Shown: piece after piece, positions 24,204-32,000 of the stretch
Numbering within the stretch: the first letter of the stretch is position 1
How the letters are laid out: each line of letters starts with the position of its first letter
Assembly (NCBI RefSeq): GCF_000940845.1
Contig: NZ_CP010341.1
Coordinates: forward strand, 1,920,001-1,952,000
DNA from: Propionibacterium freudenreichii subsp. freudenreichii
GTDB taxonomy: Bacteria; Actinomycetota; Actinomycetes; Propionibacteriales; Propionibacteriaceae
Direction of reading: 5' to 3'
DNA length: 32,000 nt
Position numbers and translations under genes: made by a program
Notes under the pieces: model-generated
Databases searched by the model: none
Told to the model about the DNA's origin: nothing
What the model saw: the letters and a program-made list of their open reading frames with translations, nothing else

Positions 24204-25009
24204 GATTCAGGTCGTCCTTCATCCAATAGGTAGTGGTTGAGAAACTGCACTGTCTGGTCGTAGACGTCATCCAAGTAGCCCTTGGCATGACGTGAGCCAC
24301 TGAGGAACTGGGCCACAACCGGCACATCGTTGCGCACCATTGCCTCAGTGAAAGTCAGCACCCCGCTGGTGGGGACGAACTCGTTCAGGGAGTTCGCCAG
24401 GTACACCGGGCCGGTCTTCGGCGAGACGCGGTGCACCGGCGTCCCCTCGGTCAGGCGGTCGGTGCGCTCGTGGAAGTAGTTCATGATGAACCACTTGTAG
24501 AAGGCGTCGTTGGCGCCGCCCTGGTTGATGCCCGAGCTCGCTCCGGCGAAGTTCTGCGGGTTGTCGGGGGCCGGGACGACGTCGGCATGCTTGGTCAGCC
24601 AGTCATCGATGTCGAGGATCCCCGACAGGGACACGGCCGGGATGCCGTACTTGATCGCCAGCTCGACGCTCATGTTCCCACCGGCCGACGAGCCGACGGC
24701 CCCGATGCGGTGACGATCGAAGGTCAGGTCGCTGGCCTGCAGCCACTGCCAGACATGGTCCATGTCCTCCAGCGGCGCCGGGTAGTAGCCATCGGGTACA
24801 TCGTGGTACTCCGGCACGACCACCAGATAGCCCTCGGCGGCGAGGCGTGAGGCCCAATCGGCGTCCTTGTCCTTGCTCCCCCGGAACCATCCGCCGCCAT
24901 GGATATCGATCACCGCCGCCCCATTGGCATGGTCGGGATCGTGGTACACATCAAGCTTCGATACGCCGTCAGAAGAATAGGCGATATCGGTGGTCGTGGA
25001 GATGCTCAC
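24200..25009 (-). CDS. Alpha/beta hydrolase (esterase/lipase type).
   Basis: It has the HGGGW oxyanion motif and the GSSAGG nucleophile elbow. The start is GTG 25009. The 4-nt ATGA overlap with the isochorismatase gene implies an operon. Confidence 0.85.
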   Translation of the reverse strand: MSISTTTDIAYSSDGVSKLDVYHDPDHANGAAVIDIHGGGWFRGSKDKDADWASRLAAEGYLVVVPEYHDVPDGYYPAPLEDMDHVWQWLQASDLTFDRHRIGAVGSSAGGNMSVELAIKYGIPAVSLSGILDIDDWLTKHADVVPAPDNPQNFAGASSGINQGGANDAFYKWFIMNYFHERTDRLTEGTPVHRVSPKTGPVYLANSLNEFVPTSGVLTFTEAMVRNDVPVVAQFLSGSRHAKGYLDDVYDQTVQFLNHYLLDEGRPES

Positions 25010-25161
25010 TGGGAAAAGCCTCGCTTTGATGAACTGACAACCTGATGATCACAGAATACGCGCGACGACAAGGGGAAACGCCTTGAATCGGTGAGCTACT
25101 GTGCTGTTCACACCAACAACTCTGACAACCGCGCGGAGTTGCGATCAGCAAGGAGACACAG

Positions 25162-25521
25162 ATGCTTGATGTCGAGGATTCGCTGCGCCGGGTGGCGACC
25201 ACGGTCGACCACCATTACCAGCACATCGCCAACCGCCATGAGTTCATGCGTGCATGGGCGGTGCAGTTCGAGCTCGCCTATACCGACTTCCGGGTGATCC
25301 AGCTGGCCCTCCAGCTTGACGGCAAGGAGCACGAGCTGCTCGAGCGCTTCACCGCCACCTACGACGACGTCTACGAGTACGAGTACGCGTTCGCTGCTGG
25401 TGGACTCGAGGGATTCGATGCGAAGTTCTCCGGACGCCTCGACTCGTACAAGTCCGACGTCGACCTGCTGCTCGGCACCATCTCCGAGATCCAGTCCCTG
25501 GACCGCCATCCCCAGTCGTGA
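25162..25521 (+). CDS. Hypothetical protein (119 aa), predicted helical.
   Basis: ATG 25162 is preceded by AAGGAGA. No motif was recognised. Confidence 0.55.
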   Translation: MLDVEDSLRRVATTVDHHYQHIANRHEFMRAWAVQFELAYTDFRVIQLALQLDGKEHELLERFTATYDDVYEYEYAFAAGGLEGFDAKFSGRLDSYKSDVDLLLGTISEIQSLDRHPQS

Positions 25522-25568
25522 GAACGACTCTGGCTGGCACAGCGTGAGAACGACTCTGGACAGCACAG
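25517..25568. repeat. Two tandem 26-nt units (CGTGAGAACGACTCTGG + 9 nt), with a degenerate third start.
   Basis: Unit 1 is 25517-25542 and unit 2 is 25543-25568. Their first 17 nt are identical. Unit 1 overlaps the stop codon of the upstream gene. Confidence 0.8.
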
Positions 25569-25578
25569 CGTGACGACG

Positions 25579-25618
25579 AAAGAACCGGTCACCACCTGCA
25601 GGTGGTGACCGGTTCTTT
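25579..25618. terminator. Perfect 18-bp hairpin between convergent genes (bidirectional terminator candidate).
   Basis: AAAGAACCGGTCACCACC-tgca-GGTGGTGACCGGTTCTTT, with A/T runs at both bases of the stem. Confidence 0.7.
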
Positions 25619-25658
25619 GTATGAGTCCTGGGAGCCGGTTGGGCGGCTCTGAGGGGGA

Positions 25659-25994
25659 TCAGGCGTTGGCGGGCTCGAAGTCACGCACCTGCGAGATCAG
25701 CGCATCAAGCGCCTGCCGGTTCAGCAGTCCGGCATTGCGGTAGATCAGCTTGCCGTCCTTGAACGCCATCAGCGTCGGGATCGCCTGGATCTCCAGCGAT
25801 GCGGCGAGCTGCTGCTGCGCCTCGGTATCGACCTTGCCGAAGGTGATGTCGTCATTGGCGTCACTGGCAGCGTCAAAGATGGGCGAGAAACGCTGACACG
25901 GGCCACACCAATCGGCCCAGAAGTCAACGAGCACAATGCCCTTCTGCAGGGCGGTCTGCTCGAAGTTGTCGGTGGTCAACTCAACGGTAGCCAT
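25659..25994 (-). CDS. trxA: Thioredoxin.
   Basis: A 111-aa protein with the WCGPC active site (DFWADWCGPCQ). Confidence 0.92.
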   Translation of the reverse strand: MATVELTTDNFEQTALQKGIVLVDFWADWCGPCQRFSPIFDAASDANDDITFGKVDTEAQQQLAASLEIQAIPTLMAFKDGKLIYRNAGLLNRQALDALISQVRDFEPANA

Positions 25995-26109
25995 AATGTC
26001 CTTTCAAAGTCCGGGTGCCCGCGCAATGCACCGGGCGACAATTGGGGAACGCCGCGGTGGGGTCGAAGTATTCCCCGTGATCCGGGGCTCCCCTTCGGCC
26101 CAGCGCTGA

Positions 26110-26787
26110 CTAAAGGGCGCTCACACGCAGCGACGGCGCGTACTTCTCGGGCACGTGCAGGGCTTTTCCGCCCTCGCTCGCCACGACATAGTCCTCGCCG
26201 TCGCGCGACAGGTCAACGGTGGCACCGGGATGGATCCCGGCGGCATCGACCGCCTCGAGGAAGTCCATGTCACTTTGTGCGTACTCATCGATGAGCACGA
26301 AGCGTGCCTTGCCCAGGCCCTTCTGCTCGGCCTCGAGCAGGTCGACGCCGTAGTCCTCCAGCGAGGAGGCCTCCGGTGCATCGGGATGCGGGATCGGCGT
26401 GCCATAGGGGGTCGAGACGGGCGTGCCCAGCATCTCGCACAACCGGTTGGCCACTTCCTCGCTCATCACGTGTTCCCAGCGACAGGCCTCGTCGTGGGCC
26501 GAGGCATAGTCCATGCCCAGCCCATTGACGATGAAACACTCAGCCAACCGGTGACGGCGCATGACGGCGCGTCCCTCGTTGTAGCCGGTGTCGGACAGCT
26601 CGATGGTGCGACCGTGACTCAGGCCCAACAGGCCGTCACGTTCCATGCGTGCCACGGTCTGGGAGACCGTCGGGCCGGCCTGGTGCAGACGCTCCACGAT
26701 CCGCGCCCGACGCGGCTCAACCCCTGACTCCAGAAGCTCATAAATGGTGCGCAGATACATCTGCGTGGTGTCGATGAGTTCACTCAT
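26110..26787 (-). CDS. ideR: Iron-dependent repressor, IdeR/DtxR family (225 aa).
   Basis: MSELIDTTQMYLRTIYEL...GPTVSQTVARMERDGLL...RRHRLAECF...EACRWEHVMSEEV closely parallels IdeR, including Met10 and the Cys102/Glu105/His106 context. ATG 26787 with GGAGGA/GGAGAG upstream was chosen over track start 27048. Confidence 0.9.
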   Translation of the reverse strand: MSELIDTTQMYLRTIYELLESGVEPRRARIVERLHQAGPTVSQTVARMERDGLLGLSHGRTIELSDTGYNEGRAVMRRHRLAECFIVNGLGMDYASAHDEACRWEHVMSEEVANRLCEMLGTPVSTPYGTPIPHPDAPEASSLEDYGVDLLEAEQKGLGKARFVLIDEYAQSDMDFLEAVDAAGIHPGATVDLSRDGEDYVVASEGGKALHVPEKYAPSLRVSAL

Positions 26788-26963
26788 TGCGCGCTCTCCG
26801 TCCTCCCGCCCACAGAACCTATGAGCACCCCGGTTACACCAATTATTCCCCGCCGCACCAAGCCGCGCTCGGGGCGGGCCATACCGGCGGGTCCCCCAAC
26901 CGTGCCACACCGGCCCACTGGACCGTGCTGCAGCCGCTCCGCTGACAGTGAAACAATCCGCAG

Positions 26964-28085
26964 GTGACTGATCTGCGTATCCCCACCGACCTGCTCCCCC
27001 GCGACGGACGCTTCGGATCCGGCCCCGCCAAGGTTCGACCCGAGGCAATGGCCGCCCTGGCGCAGAGTCCGCTGATGGGCACCTCCCACCGCAAGCCGCC
27101 GGTGAAGTCGTTGGTCGCCCACATCCAGGAGCAACTGGCCGCGCTCTACTCCCTGCCCGACGACTACCGCGTGGTGCTCGGCGACGGCGGGGCCTCGCTG
27201 TTCTGGGACCTGGCCTGCGTCAGCCTGGTGCGACGCCACAGCTCGCACGGGGTCTACGGCGAGTTCAGCCGCAAGTGCGCCGCGGCCGTGTCACGCACCC
27301 CGTGGCTCGACAAGCCGACGATCGTCGAGGCCAACTACGGCTCCGGGGCCTTCCCCGCCACCGACGAGCATGCCGACCTGTATGCGTGGGCACAGAACGA
27401 GACCTCCACCGGGGTTGCCATGCCCGTGCAGCGCCCCGCCGGCATCGCCGACGACGCCCTGGTGATGATCGACGCCACCAGCGCGGCGGGCGGGCTCGCC
27501 GCCGACGTGCGGCAGGCGGACGCCCTCTACTTCGCACCGCAGAAGAACTTCAGCTCCGACGGTGGGCTGTGGCTCGCCCTGTGTTCCCCGGCCGCCCTGG
27601 AACGCGCCGCCGAGCTCACCGCGGCTCCCGATGGACGCTGGGTGCCCGATGTGTTGAACCTGACCCTCGCTGCCGACAACTCCGCCAAGCACCAGACCCT
27701 GAACACCCCGGCCATCGCCACCCTGGTGCTGCTGGGCAACCAGCTGGACTGGATGATGGACAACGGCGGCATGGACTTCGTGGCCGGCCGCACGACCGAT
27801 TCGGCCCGGCGCCTCTACGACTGGGTCGAGGCCCACGAGGTCGCCCGTCCGTTCGTGGCAGACCCTGCGCTGCGCTCCAATGTGGTGGGCACCGTGGTCT
27901 TCGACGAGCGCGTCGACGCCCCGCAGCTGTGCAAGGTGCTGCGCGCCAACGGCATCGTCGACATTGAGCCCTACCGCAAGCTCGGCACCGACCAGATCCG
28001 CGTCGGCATGTTCGCCTCGGTTGATCCCGACGACGTCTCGGCGCTGCTCGCCTGCATCGATTGGGTGCTGGAGCGCATCATCTGA
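26964..28085 (+). CDS. serC: Phosphoserine aminotransferase, actinobacterial type.
   Basis: The start is GTG 26964. The sequence reads IPTDLLPRDGRFGSGPAKVRPEA...MGTSHRKPPVK...YFAPQKNFSSDGGLWLA...NTP. Confidence 0.88.
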   Translation: MTDLRIPTDLLPRDGRFGSGPAKVRPEAMAALAQSPLMGTSHRKPPVKSLVAHIQEQLAALYSLPDDYRVVLGDGGASLFWDLACVSLVRRHSSHGVYGEFSRKCAAAVSRTPWLDKPTIVEANYGSGAFPATDEHADLYAWAQNETSTGVAMPVQRPAGIADDALVMIDATSAAGGLAADVRQADALYFAPQKNFSSDGGLWLALCSPAALERAAELTAAPDGRWVPDVLNLTLAADNSAKHQTLNTPAIATLVLLGNQLDWMMDNGGMDFVAGRTTDSARRLYDWVEAHEVARPFVADPALRSNVVGTVVFDERVDAPQLCKVLRANGIVDIEPYRKLGTDQIRVGMFASVDPDDVSALLACIDWVLERII

Positions 28086-28093
28086 GCCCGACC

Positions 28094-28113
28094 GGCCGGG
28101 TGATTCCCCGGCC
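28094..28113. terminator. 7-bp GC hairpin between convergent genes.
   Basis: GGCCGGG-tgattc-CCCGGCC. Confidence 0.35.
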
Positions 28114-28127
28114 AGCGGGGCAGGACG

Positions 28128-28514
28128 CTATTCCGCCTGCTCGGGGGCGTTCTCGCGTCGTGAGCGGATGAAGACGAAGACCGCAGCGAGCGCCGCGAGC
28201 ACGCCGGTGGCGATGAGCGCCATGAACGTCTTGGTGCGGCCCGGGCCCTTGCCGGACGACGTGGCGCCTGCCGTGGCGCTGGCGGTGGCCAGGGGCCGTG
28301 CAGTCGCCGTGGTTCCCACGGTGGCCGGCGAGGTGGCCGGCGATGACGTCGAGGGCACGGCCGTGGTGGTCGAGGCGACCCCGGGAGTGGCCCCGGCCGT
28401 GGGGGGCGTGGCGGCCAGCACCCCGACGACGAGCAGTAGGGCGGTCACCAGCACGGCGATCGGAACCCTGCCGAAACGCGCTGCTTGACCGGGCCGCCGG
28501 CTCTGCGCCGTCAT
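28128..28514 (-). CDS. Small Thr/Ala/Ser/Pro-rich membrane-anchored protein (128 aa).
   Basis: ATG 28514 was chosen (MTAQSRRPGQAARFGRVPIAVLVTALLLVVGVLAA...). It has a C-terminal TM FMALIATGVLAALAAVFVFI followed by RSRRE. No LPXTG or LAXTG motif was seen. Confidence 0.6.
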   Translation of the reverse strand: MTAQSRRPGQAARFGRVPIAVLVTALLLVVGVLAATPPTAGATPGVASTTTAVPSTSSPATSPATVGTTATARPLATASATAGATSSGKGPGRTKTFMALIATGVLAALAAVFVFIRSRRENAPEQAE

Positions 28515-28620
28515 CGCATCATCCTCACCATCCGTCGTCGCATCACTCCGCGACGGGCTGTCCACTGTCGATGACTCTAGGCCACGCACCCGCGATGGCG
28601 CCGCGCCCGCCACGATGGAA

Positions 28621-28652
28621 CACCGGGCCCCCGCCAGTGCGGGAGCCCGGTG
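28621..28652 (-). terminator. Two-tier GC hairpin downstream of the permease gene.
   Basis: CACCGGGC-c-CCCGC-cagt-GCGGG-a-GCCCGGTG. Confidence 0.45.
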
Positions 28653-28675
28653 TCGTCCATCAGGAACGGGACCGA

Positions 28676-30247
28676 TCAGGTGCCGGCGATCCACTTGGTG
28701 ATCACGCCCTGGCCGAAGTAGATGACGAACAGCGCGCTCACCACCCACATCAACGCATGCACGTGACGGGCCTTGCCCTGGAACACCTTCAGCAGCACGA
28801 AGATCACGAAGCCTGCGCCGATACCGGCGGTGATCGAATAGGCGAAGGGCATGAACACGATGGTGAAGAACGCGGGAATCGCGTCCACCAGGTGGTTCCA
28901 ATTGATCTCGGACACCTGCTGCATCATGAGGAAGCCGACCAGGACCAGCACCGGGGCCACGGCCTCGGCCGGCACCATATTGGTCAGGGGCGACAGGAAC
29001 ACGGCCAACAGGAACGCCAGGCCGGTGACCACCGAGGCAAAGCCGGTGCGGGCGCCCTCCGCAACGCCTGCGGTGGACTCGATATACGAGGTGTTCGACG
29101 AGGTGGACGCCAGGCCACCGGCGAGTGCGGCGATCGAGTCGACCAGCAGGATCTCGCGCAGTCGCGGCGGCTCGCCCTCGGAGTTGAGCAGCTGCCCCTC
29201 CGAGCCCACGGCCACCACGGTGCCGACGGTGTCGAAGAAGTCGGCCAGCAGCAGGGAGAACACCAGCATCACGGTGGTGAGGATGCTGGCCGCGGTGAAG
29301 TGGCCCTCACCGTTGGCGAAGGCACCGATGATGTCCACCCGGCCGAGCAGGCCCAGGTCGGGAAGCTTGAACGCCGCCAGTCCGGGCCAGCTGGGCACAT
29401 TGAGCGCCCATCCCGCCGGGTTGGTGGTGTCGTCCGACAACGTGGCCGGCACCTTGACGACGGCCTGCACGATCATGGCGAGCACGGTGGTGGCGATGAT
29501 GGCGATGAGCATCGAGCCGCGCTTCTTGCGCACGTACAGGAACAGCAGCACGAGCAGGCCGATCACGAAGATCAGCACCGGCCAGGTGCTCAGCGAGCCG
29601 TTGAGGCCCAGCTGTACCGGCGTCCCGGAACCGGGCGTGATCACATGGGCGTCGACCAGGCCCACGAAGGTGACGAACAGGCCGATGCCCACCGAGATCG
29701 CCACGCGCAATTCCTTGGGCACCGCCCGAAAAACCGCCTCGCGGAAGCCCGTCAGCACCAGGGCCGTGATGATGATGCCCTCCACGGCGATCATCCCCAT
29801 GGCACGCGGCCATGTGGTGGTGGGGGCGATCACATAGGCGATCATGGCGTTGAGCCCGAGTCCGGCGGCCAGGCCGATCGGGAAGCGTCCGACGATGCCC
29901 ATCAGGATCGTCATCAGGCCCGCAACGAGGGCCGTGGCAGCGGCCACCATCGCGATGGAATGGCCCACCGCCGCCTGGTCCACCACCTGGTGTGCGGCAT
30001 CCAGGTACTTCGGCGCCCCGCTGACGAGCTCACCGCGTGAATCAACGGCGGTGCCGATGATCAGCGGGTTGAGGGCCAGGATGTACGCCATCGTGAAGAA
30101 GGTGACCAACCCGCCGCGCACTTCGCGTGAGGCGGATGAGCCGCGGGCCGTGATGGAGAACCACCGGTTGAAGGACGACAATTTTGCGCTGTCGTCGGCG
30201 CTTGCCACAGGGGTTTCCCCAGGGGATTGCGAGACCATGGGCGACAC
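28676..30247 (-). CDS. NCS2-family purine permease (adenine/guanine/hypoxanthine, AzgA/PurP-like).
   Basis: The sequence REVRGGLVTFFTMAYILALNP...TSSNTSYIESTAGVAEGARTG with about 12 TM helices fits the family. Confidence 0.9.
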   Translation of the reverse strand: MSPMVSQSPGETPVASADDSAKLSSFNRWFSITARGSSASREVRGGLVTFFTMAYILALNPLIIGTAVDSRGELVSGAPKYLDAAHQVVDQAAVGHSIAMVAAATALVAGLMTILMGIVGRFPIGLAAGLGLNAMIAYVIAPTTTWPRAMGMIAVEGIIITALVLTGFREAVFRAVPKELRVAISVGIGLFVTFVGLVDAHVITPGSGTPVQLGLNGSLSTWPVLIFVIGLLVLLFLYVRKKRGSMLIAIIATTVLAMIVQAVVKVPATLSDDTTNPAGWALNVPSWPGLAAFKLPDLGLLGRVDIIGAFANGEGHFTAASILTTVMLVFSLLLADFFDTVGTVVAVGSEGQLLNSEGEPPRLREILLVDSIAALAGGLASTSSNTSYIESTAGVAEGARTGFASVVTGLAFLLAVFLSPLTNMVPAEAVAPVLVLVGFLMMQQVSEINWNHLVDAIPAFFTIVFMPFAYSITAGIGAGFVIFVLLKVFQGKARHVHALMWVVSALFVIYFGQGVITKWIAGT

Positions 30248-30277
30248 CCTATAGGCGTTTCACAGGTGCTCTAGCAT

Positions 30278-30625
30278 GTGCTCATGGCCCCAGCATCGAA
30301 TCCAGCGAATGGCACCGGATCCCACACGTCGGACGCCGAGATCTCCGACAAGGAGCGCTTCTTCGTGCAGGCACCCGTCGCTCCCCTGCGCGAGGACGGG
30401 CTCATCGCCTTCACCATCGGCACGGTGGTGTTCATCGTGTTGGCGATTGCGGCATATTTCTGGCGGGTACCGCTGGGCGACGCCGGCCTGGGCTGGTGGT
30501 TCTGGGTGGCAGTGAGCGGCGCGGTGATCGGGGTGCTGGCCATCAGCTACGGCATCCTGCGACGCCGGCGCATGGGCCAGACCCGCACCACCGCCTCGGA
30601 TGCGGCCGCCAAGAAGCTGCCGTAG
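30278..30625 (+). CDS. Small two-TM membrane protein, DUF2530-like.
   Basis: Two TM helices are present: IAFTIGTVVFIVLAIAAYFW and WWFWVAVSGAVIGVLAISYGIL. The start is GTG 30278 or ATG 30284. The family name is recollection only. Confidence 0.6.
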   Translation: MLMAPASNPANGTGSHTSDAEISDKERFFVQAPVAPLREDGLIAFTIGTVVFIVLAIAAYFWRVPLGDAGLGWWFWVAVSGAVIGVLAISYGILRRRRMGQTRTTASDAAAKKLP

Positions 30626-30630
30626 CAGCA

Positions 30631-30664
30631 CAAGGGCCGCGCGGAATGATCCGCACGGCCCTTG
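30631..30664. terminator. Two-tier hairpin between convergent genes. A second 7-bp hairpin lies at 30676-30694.
   Basis: CAAGGGCCG-c-GCGGA-atga-TCCGC-a-CGGCCCTTG, then GGGGCGG-gtcat-CCGCCCC. Confidence 0.5.
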
Positions 30665-30702
30665 GGACAGCCACTGGGGCGGGTCATCCGCCCCGGCATG
30701 AA

Positions 30703-31482
30703 TCAGTCGAACAGCGACTGCTCGATGCTGATCGTGTCGTACACCGGCTCGGGCAGTTCGATGCCACGCTCGTCGGCCACCACATCGGAGTGTCCACCGC
30801 AGCCGTGGTCGACGCTGACGACCTTGCCGTCGCGCGGGGCGAAGGAGTTGGTGCACACCCCGAACTCCACCCCCAGCGATCCGGACAGCCGCTGGAAGTA
30901 GCCGCAGGTGAGGCAATAGGCCGGCGCATGTTCGGTTGAGGGATTGTCGGGACCCGCCGCACCCTCGATCCAGCGCTGCGCGGCCTCGCTGCGTCCCTCG
31001 TGCGACAGCACGCGCTCACGGCCCAGGCCGAGGTCCGCGACGATGGCACGGGTCTCCGACCATTCAGCCGGATCATCATCGGCAGCCATCTCGCCGCCGG
31101 TGAATCCCGGCTCGAGGCGGGGATCATTGTCGGGCGTGGGCAGCAGTGAACCCGGCGTCACATCGCCGGGGCGCACGCGCTGCGACCACGGAACCCATTG
31201 CGGGGTGGGTAGTGCACCCTCGCCGGGCAGTAACACCACCTCGTCGACGGTGGCGGTGCGGGCGCGCGGCGGACGCGTCAGCGTGACGGCCCAGTGCCAA
31301 CCCACATAGCCCGGATGCGGGCAGGCGAAGAAGTGCGTGAGCACCCGGTCGCCCTCCATCCGGAAGCCGAGATGCTCACCCACGCCGAAGTCACCGGCCT
31401 GGTGTTCAGCGGCTGTCTGGGCAACCTCGATTGCCGCTGACAACACCGTGTCCGGTTTGAGAGCCGCTTTCACCGTGGCCAT
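30703..31482 (-). CDS. DUF3027-like protein with a C-terminal Cys cluster.
   Basis: A 259-aa protein with the motifs CPHPGYVGWHWAV and CLTCGYF...CTN...HGCGGHS. It lies immediately downstream of the cold-shock gene, as in other actinobacteria. Confidence 0.7.
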   Translation of the reverse strand: MATVKAALKPDTVLSAAIEVAQTAAEHQAGDFGVGEHLGFRMEGDRVLTHFFACPHPGYVGWHWAVTLTRPPRARTATVDEVVLLPGEGALPTPQWVPWSQRVRPGDVTPGSLLPTPDNDPRLEPGFTGGEMAADDDPAEWSETRAIVADLGLGRERVLSHEGRSEAAQRWIEGAAGPDNPSTEHAPAYCLTCGYFQRLSGSLGVEFGVCTNSFAPRDGKVVSVDHGCGGHSDVVADERGIELPEPVYDTISIEQSLFD

Positions 31483-31485
31483 AGA

Positions 31486-31872
31486 TCACTTCTCCAATTC
31501 ATCGGCGACGCCGCGCAGCATGGCGGCGATCTTTGAGGCCTGACCCGAGCTGGGGTACCGGCGACGACGGTAGCCGTTCGACAACCCGTCGAGCATCTTG
31601 ATCAAATCCTCCATCATCGCCGCCAGGTCCTCCGGCTTGCGACGGGTGGCCTTTGACAGCGACGGCGGCGGATCGATCAGCTCAACCGACAGCGCCTGCT
31701 CACCGCGCCGGCCATCGACGATGCCGAACTCAACCCGCTGACCCCGCTTGACGGAGGTCACCCCGTCGGGCAGCACATTGGCGCGGAAATAGACCTCTCC
31801 ATCGCCCTCGTCCTTGGTGATGAATCCGAAACCCTTATCGGGGTCGAAGAAACGCACCCTGCCGCTTGGCAT
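31486..31872 (-). CDS. Cold-shock-domain protein with a C-terminal extension (128 aa).
   Basis: ATG 31872 is preceded by GAGGG. The CSD reads GRVRFFDPDKGFGFITKDEGDGEVYFRANVL. The track ORF 31486-31965 is trimmed to this start. Confidence 0.88.
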   Translation of the reverse strand: MPSGRVRFFDPDKGFGFITKDEGDGEVYFRANVLPDGVTSVKRGQRVEFGIVDGRRGEQALSVELIDPPPSLSKATRRKPEDLAAMMEDLIKMLDGLSNGYRRRRYPSSGQASKIAAMLRGVADELEK

Positions 31873-32000
31873 CTGCACCCTCACACTGCTCGGGGATCGC
31901 TGGGCGATCCGACGTATATCGTTCTGAACCGCTGTTGACGATCCGCGTGGCCCTGACCACTTCATCGGTGACCGGGAGTTCCCCCGGAGCCTTCCGGACG

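Noticed and set aside
26788-26963. IdeR/DtxR operator (TTAGGTTAGGCTAACCTAA-like box) in the ideR/serC divergent region.
   Set aside because: No 19-bp palindrome or recognisable half-site was found by eye.
28298-30040. 580-aa plus-strand ORF.
   Set aside because: It is antisense to the NCS2 permease. Its His/Gly/Asp/Arg-rich product is implausible, and the permease frame is unambiguous.
30248-30277. Purine riboswitch upstream of the NCS2 permease.
   Set aside because: Only about 30 nt separate the permease start from the divergent gene, which is too short for an aptamer, and no conserved riboswitch core was seen.

Overview
High-GC actinobacterial DNA. Gene order and motifs fit Actinomycetota, possibly Propionibacteriales, but no search was possible. 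All calls come from reading the sequence and the ORF track, and coordinates were derived by hand.

The window has two parts.

(1) nt 1 to about 15106 is the right-hand portion of an integrated T4SS-type conjugative element (ICE). In order it carries a DprA-like domain running in frame into a TrbL/VirB6-like membrane protein, an SCO6880-like membrane protein, a VirB4/DUF87-like ATPase, a VirD4/TraG-like coupling protein, an SSB, a Trp-rich protein, a small basic protein and a large serine recombinase. The recombinase ORF only terminates after running antisense through a complete tRNA-Ala(CGC) gene at the junction. The transfer genes are interrupted twice. The first interruption is an orphan divergent gene pair of unknown function (3370-6028), which is the best candidate here for an undescribed system. 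The second is a cargo module of a frameshifted XRE/MmyB-like regulator plus an aldo/keto reductase (7512-9463). The relaxase and the left end of the element lie outside the window.

(2) nt about 15107 to 32000 is conserved chromosome:
- SepX/GlpR-like divisome protein, GNAT and Glp (MoeA-like) on the minus strand, diverging from 5-formyl-THF cyclo-ligase.
- FmdB zinc ribbon, SAF-domain protein and MscL.
- A eukaryotic-type UTP-glucose-1-P uridylyltransferase.
- tRNA-Arg(CCT), followed by a small islet of two orphan genes flanking an isochorismatase / alpha-beta hydrolase pair.
- Thioredoxin, IdeR/DtxR, SerC, a small Thr/Ala-rich membrane protein and an NCS2 purine permease.
- DUF2530-like protein, DUF3027-like protein and a cold-shock-domain protein.

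Several perfect GC-rich hairpins sit between convergent genes. No CRISPR array, rRNA or transposase was seen. Many long ORFs in the track are antisense shadow ORFs typical of high-GC DNA and were rejected.
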